From an uncultured Actinomycetes bacterium (GTDB taxonomy: Bacteria > Actinomycetota > Acidimicrobiia > IMCC26256 > PALSA-610), in assembly GCA_963784845.1 (NCBI GenBank), contig CAWASN010000007.1:1066168-1130167 (forward strand): 64,000 nt of DNA, written 5' to 3'. Below the pieces are notes generated by a model. That model had not been told where the DNA came from. It saw nothing but the letters and a program-made list of their open reading frames with translations, and did not search any database. Within the stretch, counting starts at the first letter, position 1. Each line of letters opens with the position of its first letter. The position numbers and the translations under genes were made by a program. Shown here one piece after another: positions 53,974 to 64,000 of the stretch.

Positions 53974-54474
53974 GTGAACGTCGAAGTTGTCCGATGGCCG
54001 GCCGATGCGCAGCGACTCGCTGAGCTTCGGGAACTGCGCATACCCCGGCTGCTCGTCGTGGCCGACGGTGACGGGGAGCTGCCGTTGCCCACCGATTGCC
54101 TCGAGGATTGGGTGACGTCGGGGGCGCCCGAGTGGGAGGTGGACGCCCGTCGTCAAGCGCTCGTGTTGCGTGCGGGCGAGCACGCGGTGCGCCCGCTGCT
54201 CGACGACGACGGGCTGCTGCATCATCGCGACGCCTGGGTGTCGCTGTCGCCGGTGGAACAAGCGCTGGCGGGCGTGTTGCTCGACCGCTTCGGTGCCGTG
54301 GTGACCAGGGAGATGCTGGCCGATCGGGCGTGGCCCGCGGGAGTGCCCACCCGGAACGCGCTCGACGTGCACGTGCTGCGCCTCCGCCGCCGGATCGCGC
54401 CCGTGGGTCTCGAGATCCGCACCGTTCGCTCCCGCGGCTATCTCATGCAGTCGCGCGAAGTCGTCCTGTCCTAG
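53974..54474 (+). CDS. winged-helix (OmpR/PhoB-type Trans_reg_C) DNA-binding protein without a canonical receiver domain
   Basis: 166 aa, GTG start; C-terminal LSPVEQALAGVLLDRFGAVVTREML...NALDVHVLRLRRRI...IRTVRSRGY. Confidence 0.6.
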   Translation: MNVEVVRWPADAQRLAELRELRIPRLLVVADGDGELPLPTDCLEDWVTSGAPEWEVDARRQALVLRAGEHAVRPLLDDDGLLHHRDAWVSLSPVEQALAGVLLDRFGAVVTREMLADRAWPAGVPTRNALDVHVLRLRRRIAPVGLEIRTVRSRGYLMQSREVVLS

Positions 54475-54512
54475 CTCGCGCTCGTTCCGGCGAGCATGAG
54501 TAGCGTCGTCGG

Positions 54513-56333
54513 GTGCGACTCGGGATCGACAGCGGTGGGACGTTCACCGATGTTGTCGTCGCGGACGGTCGCATCGCCAAGGTCGCGTCGACCCCCGGGG
54601 ATCCGACCCGTGCGGTCGAGGCCGCGATAGGGGCGGTCACCGCGGGTGCCCATGTCGATGCGGGCGTCGATGCGGGCGTCGATGCGGGCGTCGATGTCGA
54701 CGTCGTCGCGCACGGTACGACGGTTGCGACGAACGCGTTGCTCGAGCGCCGAGGTGCACGGGTCGCGCTGATCGCGACGCGGGGATTCGTCGACGAGATC
54801 GAGATCGCGCGCCAGGTTCGACCGGCGCTCTATGACTCTTTCGCCGACCGTCCGGCCTCGTTGGTCCCCCGGAACCTGCGCTTCGAGGTGTCGGGGAGGC
54901 TCGACCGACGGGGCGTGGAGATCGAACCCTTCGACGGTCGGTTACCCGAGCTCGGTGATGCGATCGACACGATCGCGATCTGCTTGTTGCATTCCGATCT
55001 CGATGATCGGCACGAGCGCGCGGTTGCCGATGCCGTGCGAGCCGTGCGCTCGGAGGTGGTTGTCTGCTCGCACGATGTCAGCCCGGAGTATCGCGAGTAC
55101 GAACGTATGGTGACCACCGTCGTCGAGGCATTCCTCGAGCCCGCGTGCGCTTCGTATCTCGAGCGGTTGGCGACGCTCGCTCGCGAAGTGTTGGTCATGA
55201 CCTCGGCCGGCGGTCTGATCCCGGTCGTCGATGGCGCCCGTGCGGCCGCGGCGTTGCTCTTGTCGGGACCCGCCGGCGGCGTTCGTGCCGCGGCCGAGAT
55301 CGCGGCGGCGTGCGGTTACCCCGATGCCGTCAGCTTCGACATGGGTGGGACGAGTACCGACGTGTGCCTGGTGCGCGGGCGCGCGCCGGAGCCGACTTCC
55401 GAGCGGCTCGTCGCGGGCTTTCCGATCAGGCTCCCGGCGCTGGCCGTGCACACGGTGGGTGCCGGAGGCGGCTCGATCGCCCGTGTCGATGCCGGGGGTG
55501 CGTTGGTCGTCGGTCCCCGCAGCGCCGGTGCCGTCCCGGGGCCGGCGTGCTACGGGCGGGGCGGCGAGGACGCGACCGTCACCGACGCGGATCTCGTGCT
55601 GGGTCGCATCCCCGCCGACCGGGCTTTCCCCGACCTCGGCCGGCTCGACGTGGCGGCGGCGCGGCGCGCGCTCGACCGGGCCGGTGTCACGGCCGAAGGC
55701 GTTGTACGCGTGGTCGACGCCGCGATGGAGCGGGCGGTGCGCGCGGTGACGGTCGAACGGGGTGTCGACCCGCGTGATCTCGCGCTCGTGGCGTTCGGCG
55801 GCGCCGGTCCTCTCCACGCGTGCGCGATCGCCGACGCGCTCGGCATGCGTGCAGTCGTGATCCCACCGCGAGCAGGTGTGTGTTCGGCGGCGGGGCTGCT
55901 GTGCGCGCCCAAGGCACGCGAAGTCGTGCATTCGTACGCCGGCGGATCACTTGGTGAGGCGCTCGACCGGGTCGTTCGGGAGGCGCGCGCCGCGTGTCGG
56001 CGCGGGCGCCGCGGTCGAGACGGCGTTCGACTGCCGGTACGTCGGTCAGAGTCACGAGATCACCGTGAGCTCTCCCGACGACTTTCCCGCCGCGCACGAG
56101 CGCCGGAACGGTCACGCCCGCCCGGGCGCGGCGGTCGAGGTCATCGCAGTGCGCGCCCGGGCCCGGATCGCGGCGCCGCTCGGCATCACCGATCTTCCCG
56201 ACGTCGACCGAGCCGTCGTGCGCGGCCCCGCCGTCGTGGCCGAGCCGGATTGCACCGTGTGGATCCCCGACGGTTGGCGTGGCGAACCCGCGAGCTGGGC
56301 GCGTGGGTCGTCCGACGGGGCGGTCGACGATGA
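54513..56333 (+). pseudogene. hydantoinase/oxoprolinase A subunit (HyuA family), two compensating frameshifts
   Basis: GTG 54513; GIDSGGTFTD, DMGGTSTD; from about 55985 to 56290 the conserved sequence (FDCRYVGQSHEITV...TVWIPDGWRGEP) is in ORF 55876..56595; ATGA overlap with hyuB. Confidence 0.7.
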
Positions 56334-57872
56334 TCGATCCGGCCACGCTGGCGGTGTGGATCTCACGCTTGTCGGGAATCGCCGACGAGATGGGCGCCGT
56401 GCTGCGGCGCGCCGCGTACAGCCCGAACATCAAAGAGCGCGCCGACTGCTCGTGCCGCGCTGTTCTCGGCTGAAGGCACGCTGCTCGCGCAGGCCGAGCA
56501 CATTCCCGTGCATCTCGGCTCGATGCCCGCGGCCGTGCGCGCCGCGATCGATGCCTGTGGCGACGGCGTCGGCCCGGGTGACCAGATCGTGGTGAACGAC
56601 CCGTTCGCAGGGGGCACCCATCTCAACGACATCACGTTCGTCGCGCCCGCTTACGCCGACGACGGGACGCTTCTCGGGTGGGCCGCCAATCGTGCCCACC
56701 ACGCCGATGTCGGCGGCATGGCGCCGGGATCATTGCCCCCGGACGCGACCGAGATCTTCCAAGAGGGGATCCGCATCCCGCCGGTCCGGTGGACGACCGA
56801 GATCGGGGCCCTCGTGGTGGCCGCGTCCCGCACTCCCGGCGAACGAATCGGTGATCTCGACGCGCAGCTCGGAGCGAACCGGCTCGGCGTCACCCGTCTG
56901 CGCGACCTTCCGCTCGCGTCGGCGCCCGGAGTCTTCGATGAGATCGTCGACTACGGCGAACGTCACGCCCACGCGGGCATCGCCGCCCTGCCCGACGGTC
57001 ACTACCGGTTCGAAGACGTGCTCGACTCGACGGGCGGCCCCGGCGCTCCCAGCGCGGCTCGCATCTGCGTGCAGGTCACGGTGTTGGGCGACACCATCAC
57101 TTTCGACTTTGCCGGAACCGACGCGCAACGCGCCGGCTCGGTCAATGCAGTGGCGGCAGTGACCGTCAGCGCGGTCGTGTTCGCGCTCAGGTCCGTGATC
57201 GACCCCGACCTTCCGGCCAACGGGGGCGTCCTGCGGCCGGTGCGTGTGCTCGCTCCGGCCGGGTCCATCGTCGCCGCCCGCTTGCCGGTTGCGGTGGGCG
57301 CGGGCAACGTCGAGGTGAGCCAGCGGGTCGCCGACGTGTGTCTCGGTGCGCTCGCGCATGCCGCACCCACCCGCGTGGGGGGCGCGTCGCAAGGAACGAT
57401 GAACAACCTTTTGGTCGGTGGCGACGGCTGGGTGTACTACGAGACGATCGGCGGCGGGCAGGGCGGTCGTCCCGACGGTCGCGCCGGCATGAACGGCGTG
57501 CACACCTCGATGACCAATACGCGTGACACGCCCGTCGAGGCGTTCGAGCGCTCGTACCCGATGCGGGTGCGGCGGTACGCCTTACGCACCGACAGCGGCG
57601 GAGCGGGGATCGCGCGCGGTGGTGACGGCATCGTCCGCGAGCTGGAGGTGCTCGAGGACGCGACGTTGTCGCTCATCACCGAACGTCGGGCGTCGCGCCC
57701 GTGGGGAGCCGCCGGAGGCGGGCCCGGCGCCAACGGCGAGAACTGGCTGTTGGCCGGGGGTGACGAGAGCCGCGCGCAACGGCTCGCCGACAAGTGCACG
57801 GTTCCGCTGCACGCGGGCGACGTCGTGCGCATCCTCACGCCCGGAGGCGGAGGGTGGGGGCGGTCTCGGTAA
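56330..57872 (+). pseudogene. hydantoinase B/oxoprolinase (HyuB family), one frameshift
   Basis: ATG 56330 (MIDPATLAVWISRLSGIADEMG) in ORF 56279..56473; remainder in ORF 56508..57872 (NDPFAGGTHLND). Shift near 56455. Confidence 0.75.
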
Positions 57873-57875
57873 TCG

Positions 57876-58352
57876 TCAGTCCGGAAGGCGAATGGCCACG
57901 ATCGTCACCGACATCTCGCGCTTCGGTCCCTGGTACGTGACCGTCTCGCCGGGTTCCTTGCCCAAAATGGCCTGACCGATCGGCGAGTTCGTCGAGAGCA
58001 CGTCGTACTTCTCGTTGCGTTCCTCGATCGAGCCGACGAGATAGGTGACGATGTCGTCGTCTCCTTTGTAGCGGAGGTCGACCACGGTTCCCGCCTCGAC
58101 CACCTCGCCGGCCGTGCTCGAATCGATCACGACCGCGTTCGCCAACATCTGTTCGAGCTGGCGCACCCGGGCCGCGTTGATGCCCTGCTCGTTCTTGGCG
58201 GCGTCGTAGTCGGCGTTCTCCTTGATGTCGCCGTGTTCCCGGGCGCGTTCGATCGCGAGGGACAGCTCGCGCTTGCGGGTCGTGGTGCGTTCTTCCAGTT
58301 CCGCCACGAGCCGGGCGTAGGCCTCGGGCGAGAGATGGGGCTGCTCGGCCAT
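57876..58352 (-). CDS. greA: transcription elongation factor GreA
   Basis: 158 aa; coiled-coil N-terminus with GDIKENADYDAAK and a C-terminal FKBP-like domain. Confidence 0.9.
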   Translation of the reverse strand: MAEQPHLSPEAYARLVAELEERTTTRKRELSLAIERAREHGDIKENADYDAAKNEQGINAARVRQLEQMLANAVVIDSSTAGEVVEAGTVVDLRYKGDDDIVTYLVGSIEERNEKYDVLSTNSPIGQAILGKEPGETVTYQGPKREMSVTIVAIRLPD

Positions 58353-58500
58353 GGAGGGTCAGGGTAGTTCGGTCCGTCGCCGCAATTCGATGACGCCGCT
58401 CCTTTTCGCGCCGTGCGGGCGGCCGGGCGCCGTCGTGTCCCCGGGACCCTTCGGGTACTGGTTTGACATCGTTGTGATCTGCTGCGATCCTTGAGGCCTC

Positions 58501-58592
58501 ATGTACGTGCACTTCTCGGTCGTCGTCATTCGATAAGCGAACGCCACCCCGGCGTTCGCTTCAACCGTCCACGCCAGCGTGGGCGGTTTTTT
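58501..58592 (+). promoter_or_regulatory. leader-peptide transcription attenuator (Val/Ile-rich leader) upstream of leuB-ilvE-cimA
   Basis: 11-codon ORF MYVHFSVVVIR (58501-58536); perfect 9-bp hairpin at 58537-58559 directly after the TAA; terminator hairpin at 58565-58586 plus T6. Confidence 0.65.
58565..58592 (+). terminator. intrinsic terminator of the leuB-upstream attenuator
   Basis: CCGTCCAC-gccagc-GTGGGCGG (one G-U pair) followed by TTTTTT. Confidence 0.7.
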
Positions 58593-58621
58593 CGTGCCGA
58601 ACGAGGACGTGGCGAGGCAGA

Positions 58622-58666
58622 GAGTGGCGAATCAACGAGTGGCGAATCAACGAGTGGCGAATCAAC
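58622..58666. repeat. 15-bp direct repeat GAGTGGCGAATCAAC, three perfect copies
   Basis: Copies at 58622, 58637 and 58652, between the attenuator terminator and the leuB start (58684). Confidence 0.9.
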
Positions 58667-58683
58667 AGGGAAAGCGAGCAACC

Positions 58684-59678
58684 GTGGCCCATCGGGTCGG
58701 CATCATCGGTGGGGACGGCATCGGTCCCGAAGTCGTCGGCGAGGCGCTCAAGGTGGTGCGCGCCGCGGGCGTGGAACTCGACACGGTCGACTACGACCTC
58801 GGCGGCCGCCGCTATCTCGCGACCGGTGAGGTACTACCGGACTCCGTACTCGAGGAGCTCCGAGGCTTCGACGCGATCCTGCTCGGAGCGGTGGGTACAC
58901 CCGAGGTGCCGCCCGGCGTGCTCGAACGGGGCCTGCTCTTGAAGATGCGCTTCGGGCTCGATCTCTACGTGAACCTGCGACCCTTCAAGGCGGGCCCCGG
59001 GCGGCACAACGACGGCGTCGACTTCCTCGTGGTGCGCGAGAACACCGAGGGCACCTACGCCGGGGAGGGCGGCTTCCTGCGGCAGGGGACGGCCCAGGAG
59101 ATCGCGACCCAGGGCTCGGTGAACACGCGCATGGGTGTGGAGCGGTGCGTGCGGTTCGCGTTCGAGTTGGCGCGCGTCGCCGCGAACGCAAGCACGTGAC
59201 GTTGGTGCACAAGACGAACGTGCTCACGTTCGCCGGCGATCTCTGGCAGCGCACATTCGCCGACGTCGCCGGGGAATTCCCCGAGGTCGCCACCGCGTAC
59301 AACCACGTCGACGCCGCGTGCATCTACTTCGTGCAGGACCCCGGGCGCTACGACGTGATCGTCACCGACAACCTGTTCGGCGACATCCTCACCGACCTGG
59401 GTGGCGCGATCGGAGGCGGGATCGGGCGGGCGGCCTCCGCCAACCTGAACCCGGCCCGGACCGGGCCCTCCCTGTTCGAGCCCGTCCACGGATCGGCGCC
59501 CGACATCGCCGGTACCGGCCGGGCCGATCCAAGGGCAGCGGTCATCTCGGCGGCGATGATGTGCGAATTCCTGGGCGAGACCGACGCGGTGGCCCGAATT
59601 CAGAAGGCTTTGAACGAAACCGACGATGTAGAGGGCACGACCACGCAGGTCGGCGACGCGATCGCCGCCGCCTGCTGA
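58684..59678 (+). pseudogene. leuB: 3-isopropylmalate dehydrogenase, one frameshift as sequenced
   Basis: GTG 58684 ([17 protein letters not shown]) in ORF 58579..59199; from about 59185 continues in ORF 59145..59678 ([20 protein letters not shown]). Confidence 0.85.
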
Positions 59679-59705
59679 CGTCGCGGCACGACGAAAGGCA
59701 CCGAG

Positions 59706-60617
59706 ATGCCCATTTCCCCGACCGAGAAGATCTGGATGAACGGCCGGCTCATTCCGTGGGCCGACGCGCAGATCCACGTGCTGACGCACACGCTGCACTA
59801 CGGAACCGGGGTGTTCGAAGGCATCCGCGCCTACGAGACCGGGAGCGGCCCTGCCGTGTTCCGCCTCACCGAGCACATCGCCCGGTTGTTCGACTCGGCC
59901 GCCATCATGATGATGGAGATCCCCTACACCGTCGAACAGCTCGTGCAGGCGACCAAGGACACCGTCCGCTCGACCGGATTGCAGTCGTGCTATATCCGCC
60001 CGATCGCGTACTACGGCTACGGCGAGATGGGATTGAACACGCTCCCCTGTGAGGTCGACGTCGCCATCGCCTGTTGGCCCTGGGGTGCGTACCTCGGCGC
60101 CGATGCCGTGTCGAAGGGCGTGCGCATGAAGATCTCGAGCTGGACGCGCCACGACCACAACACGATGCCACCGCTGTCGAAGACGACCGGCAACTACGTG
60201 AACTCGTCGCTGGCGAAGGTCGAGGCGCTCAAAGCAGGGTACGACGAGGCGATCATGCTCAACCCCGACGGGCTCGTCTCGGAGTGCACCGGCGAGAACA
60301 TCTTCGCCGCGCGACGCGGCGTGCTGATCACACCGCCGGTTTCGGCGGGCGCCCTTCCCGGGATCACGCAGGACTCGGTCACGACGATCGCTCGCGACCA
60401 CGGTTTCGAGGTGCGCGTCGACGATCTCTCGCGCAGCGACCTCTATGTCGCCGAGGAGATGTTCGTGTGCGGGACCGCGGCGGAGGTGAGCGCGGTCAAC
60501 TCCGTCGACGACCGCGCGATCCCGTGCCCGGGCCCGATGACCAAGGTGATCGCGAACGAGTACGGCAAAGCGGTGCGGGGCGAGATCGACAAGTACAAGG
60601 AATGGTGCGAGCTCGGT
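59706..60617 (+). CDS. ilvE: branched-chain amino acid aminotransferase (class IV); no stop codon before cimA
   Basis: ATG 59706; [18 protein letters not shown] and ECTGENIF motifs; the reading frame runs straight into the cimA ATG at 60618. Confidence 0.85.
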
Positions 60618-62241
60618 ATGAGTACCGAAGGCGACAGAGGACGTATCGAGATCTACGACACGACACTTCGCGACGGCTCGCAGCTCGAGGGGATCTCGCT
60701 CACCGTCGAGGACAAGCTCCGGATTGCCGAGCAGCTCGACTGGCTCGGCGTCCACTACATCGAGGCCGGCTGGCCCGGTGCGAATCCCAAGGACGACGAG
60801 CTCTTCCGGCGCGCCCCGGACGAGCTGAAGCTCGAGACCAGCACGCTCGTCGCCTTCGGGTCCACTCGGCGGGTCAAGGGCAAGTGTCGACAGCGACGAC
60901 ACGCTGCGTCACCTCGTCGAGGCCAACGTCGCGAACGGTGTGCATCGTCGGGAAGTCCTGGGACTACCACGTCACCGAAGCACTCGGCACCACGCTCGAC
61001 GAGGGCGTCGCCATGGTCGGCGACTCGGTCGAGTTCCTGCGCCGCGCGGGCATGCAGGTGTTGTTCGACGCCGAGCACTTCTTCGACGGGTTCGCCCGCA
61101 ATCCCGAGTTCTCGTTGCGTGTGCTCGAATCGGCGGCCACGAGCGGCGCGAGCCACTTGGTGCTGTGCGACACGAACGGCGGTGCGCTGCCGCACGAGGT
61201 CGAGGCGCGGTCGCCGAGGTCGTGCGGTACTTCGGTACCGACGTGAAGGTCGCCGTGCACTTGCACGACGACGCCGGTACAGGTGTCGCCAACGCGCTCG
61301 CGGGCGTGCTCGGCGGTGCTACGCAGGTGCAGGGAACCATCAACGGCTACGGCGAGCGCACCGGCAACTGCAACCTCACCACGATCATCCCGAACCTCAC
61401 GTTGAAGATGGGGTACGAGACGATCCCCCGCGACCGCCTCGACCGGCTCACCCCGGTGGCACACCACGTTGCCGAGCTCGTGAACATGCCCCTCAATCCG
61501 CAGGCCGCGTACGTCGGCCATTCCGCGTTCGCGCACAAGGCCGGCCTGCACACGAGCGCGATCGCGAAGCGGCCCGACGCGTACGAGCACGTGTCGCCTG
61601 CGATCGTCGGGAACGGCACACGATTCGTGGTGTCGGAGCTCGCGGGGAAGTCGACGCTCGGACTCAAGGCCAAGGAGCTCGGGCTCTCTCTCGACGGGCC
61701 TCAACTCGCCGACGTCGTCGAGACGTTGAAGCGACTCGAGCACGAGGGCTACCACTTCGAGGTTGCCGACGGCTCGCTCGAGCTCTTGATGCGAAGGGCC
61801 ACCGGCTGGGAACCGGACTGGTTCCGAGTCGAGTCGTTCCGTGTGATTACCGACGACATCCTCGGTGTCGACACGCTGACCGACAAGACGATGGCGACGG
61901 TGATGACCGAAGCGACCGTCAAGGTGCATCTCGGTGGACGGCGGGTGGTGGCCACGGCCGAGGGCAACGGGCCGGTGAACGCGCTCGACACCGCGCTCCG
62001 AACGGCGCTCGACGGGGCCTTCCCCGCGCTCTCCCGAGTGCATCTCACCGACTACAAGGTGCGCGTGCTCGACACCAGCAAGGGCACGGGCGCCGCGACC
62101 CGCGTGTTGATCGACTCGTCCGACGGCGACGCCACCTGGACCACGATCGGCGTCAACGAGAACATCATCGAAGCCTCCTGGCAGGCGCTGCTCGACTCGA
62201 TCCACTACGGGTTGCTGCGCGCCGAGGTCGCCGGCCCCTGA
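60618..62241 (+). pseudogene. cimA: citramalate synthase / LeuA-family synthase with C-terminal regulatory domain, at least three frameshifts
   Basis: [16 protein letters not shown] in ORF 59706..62252, middle in 60074..61246 ([11 protein letters not shown]...LVLCDTNGG), remainder in 60940..62241 ([28 protein letters not shown], LeuA_dimer-like end). Shifts near 60885, 60930 and 61210. Confidence 0.7.
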
Positions 62242-62288
62242 CCAACCAATAGTCGAGCCCGCGAGCGCCCCGAGTATTGTCGAGGTCC

Positions 62289-62825
62289 GTGCCGACCGAT
62301 CCCTTCGTACCGCCCGACCCGAGTGCGCGGCCGCGCCAGCAGCAGAACCTGCCTCCGGGTGTCGCGTTGCCGCCGGCGAACGACTGGCGCTCGGACCGCC
62401 CGGGCGATCTTGGCCCCGGGCAACCCGAGGGCGCGCTCCTCGGGCGACCGGGTCCCAACGTCGGCTACGCCTACACGCTTGCCCAGCGGGCCAAGGACCG
62501 GTTGCGGCTCGGCCCCTACGAGCACGCCCACGATGCGGTCGCGGTGGTCGCCGAGGTCGCGGGCAAGCGCGCCGCCCAGTTCGGACGGGCGCCCATGATC
62601 GGCGACATCGATCTCGCGATCGCGGTGCTCGGCTACGACGGGAGCGCCACCGAGGACTTCGTCAAGGCGCGCTCCGCGCTCGTACACGAAGCGAGTCATG
62701 AATACCGGCGGCGCCGGGCTCTGGTCGACGCGGTTCCGGACGCGCTGCTGCGGGCCCGGTCGCCCCACGCGGCCGACATCGCCTCGTGGCGGGCGTCGAT
62801 TCCCGCGGTCGCCGCCTCGGGCTGA
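62289..62825 (+). CDS. hypothetical protein
   Basis: ORF 62277..62825 (TTG 62277 or GTG 62289); Pro-rich N-terminus, no recognisable motif. Confidence 0.45.
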   Translation: MPTDPFVPPDPSARPRQQQNLPPGVALPPANDWRSDRPGDLGPGQPEGALLGRPGPNVGYAYTLAQRAKDRLRLGPYEHAHDAVAVVAEVAGKRAAQFGRAPMIGDIDLAIAVLGYDGSATEDFVKARSALVHEASHEYRRRRALVDAVPDALLRARSPHAADIASWRASIPAVAASG

Positions 62826-62859
62826 CCGCACCAGGAATCTCAGCGAAAGGTCGAAGGAG

Positions 62860-64000
62860 TTGCCGAGCTTCACCCTGTCCGAGGACCTCGAAGATCTGCG
62901 GGCTTCGATCCGCCGCCTGGCCGAGGACAAGATCGCACCCAACGCCGCTCGCGCCGACGAGGACGAGCAGTACCCGTGGGACTCGTGGAACGCGTGGCAA
63001 GCAGCCGGATTCGCCGGGCTCCCGTTTCCGGAGGATGTCGGCGGCCAGGGTGGTGGCTTCCTCGCGCACGCGATCGCCGTCGAAGAGGTCGCGCGGGTGT
63101 GCGCGTCTTCGGCGTTGTTCACGTTCATCTCGAAGCTCGCGATGACGCCGGTGCTCGACCACGGCGACGAGACGCTGCGGGGCAAGTACGTCAGGCGGGT
63201 CGCGACCGGCGAGTGCCAGGCTTCGTACTGTCTCTCCGAAGCCGACGCGGGAAGTGATGTCGCCGGGATGCGCACCAAGGCGGTGCGCGACGGCGACCAC
63301 TACGTCCTGAGTGGACGCAAGACCTGGATCACCAACGCGGGGGTCAGCGACTTCTACACGGTGTTCGCCAAGACCGATGCGGCGGCCGGCCATCGTGGGA
63401 TCAGCTGTTTCGTGGTCGAGAAGGACTTCGCCGGATTCTCGGTGTCGAAGCTCGAACGGAAGATGGGGGTCCGGGGCTCGCCGACGGGCGAGCTCGTCTT
63501 CGACGAGTGTGTCGTGCCGGCCGAGAATCTCGTCGGCGAGGAGGGCCGAGGGTTTGCGTACGCGATGAACGCGCTCGACCGCTCGCGCCCACTCGTCGCC
63601 GCGCAGGCGCTCGGGATCGCGCAAGGCGCCTTCGACCTGGCCGTCGACTACGTGCAGGAACGCAAGCAGTTCGGGCGCAGAATCGCCGAGTTCCAGGGGC
63701 TGCAGTTCATGATCGCCGACATGGCGACGGCGATCGACGCGGCTCGCCTCCTGGTGTACCGCGCGTGCTCCTTGCTCGACGACGGTTTGGGCGGCACCCC
63801 CCTGACGGCGAGCGCGTCCTCGATGGCGAAGCTCTTCGCGTCGGATGCGGCCATGCGGGTCACCACCGACTGCGTCCAGCTCCTCGGCGGTGTCGGCTAC
63901 ACCAGGGATGTCCCGGCCGAGCGGTTCATGCGCGACGCCAAGATCACCCAGATCTACGAGGGCACGAACGAGATCCAGCGGGTCGTCATCGCCAAGCGAT
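62860..64000 (+). CDS. acyl-CoA dehydrogenase (short/medium-chain type), 3' end outside window
   Basis: Not in the ORF track because it has no stop in the window; TTG 62860 after GAAAGG; MPSFTLSEDLEDLR..., CLSEADAGSDVAG, QLLGGVGYTRDVPAERFMRDAKITQIYEGTNEIQR. Confidence 0.85.
   Translation, partial: MPSFTLSEDLEDLRASIRRLAEDKIAPNAARADEDEQYPWDSWNAWQAAGFAGLPFPEDVGGQGGGFLAHAIAVEEVARVCASSALFTFISKLAMTPVLDHGDETLRGKYVRRVATGECQASYCLSEADAGSDVAGMRTKAVRDGDHYVLSGRKTWITNAGVSDFYTVFAKTDAAAGHRGISCFVVEKDFAGFSVSKLERKMGVRGSPTGELVFDECVVPAENLVGEEGRGFAYAMNALDRSRPLVAAQALGIAQGAFDLAVDYVQERKQFGRRIAEFQGLQFMIADMATAIDAARLLVYRACSLLDDGLGGTPLTASASSMAKLFASDAAMRVTTDCVQLLGGVGYTRDVPAERFMRDAKITQIYEGTNEIQRVVIAKR

Noticed and set aside
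58579-58683. N-terminal extension of leuB including the VANQR repeats
   Set aside because: That start would lie inside the terminator stem and T-run. Conserved LeuB sequence begins at [12 protein letters not shown] (GTG 58684).

Overview
High-GC (about 70% by eye) actinobacterial-type chromosomal segment with roughly 65 protein genes of core, lipid and amino-acid metabolism. I recognised no rRNA, tRNA, CRISPR array, transposase, integrase or phage gene. Gene content left to right: acyl-CoA ligase tail, amidohydrolase, GNAT, lipoprotein, methyltransferase, DUF952, SDR+MaoC pair, PAS-GGDEF-EAL gene, a type IIA topoisomerase B/A pair without a GyrA box, DsbA-like and mycothiol-type (MDMPI) proteins, Zn-ADH, enoyl-CoA hydratase, two M24-type genes, SnoaL-like, DUF4202, dienelactone hydrolase, beta-carbonic anhydrase, two ferredoxin+SDR modules, several acyl-CoA dehydrogenases, MazG-like, FAD oxidoreductase, remnants of a 2-oxoacid dehydrogenase E1alpha/E1beta/E2 locus, PI-PLC-like lipoprotein, bioB, a class B PBP, two LLM oxidoreductases, RNase D, VOC protein, CcdA, DD-carboxypeptidase, aminotransferase, serA, a branched-chain amino-acid cluster (leuA; leuCD with a divergent IclR regulator; leuB-ilvE-cimA), hydantoinase A/B and greA. 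Main non-routine signals: (1) about 25 genes can only be read by changing frame, and these breaks cluster in contiguous blocks, which means either locally poor sequence or real gene decay. (2) Two leader-peptide transcription attenuators with the same architecture, one Leu-rich before leuA and one Val/Ile-rich before leuB-ilvE-cimA. (3) A dispersed family of about 60-bp palindromic elements at three convergent gene junctions, one expanded into a 44-bp tandem array. (4) A 50/53-bp minisatellite that reiterates the translation-initiation region of an LLM gene. (5) Candidate operators: a 19-bp perfect palindrome between leuC and the IclR gene, and a KstR-like site before a fadE pair. I did not find a discrete multi-gene system (defence, secretion, biosynthetic cluster) that looks novel. 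The novelty candidates are regulatory RNAs, repeats and the frameshift pattern. Functional calls rest on motif and family recognition by eye, and frameshift positions are approximate.
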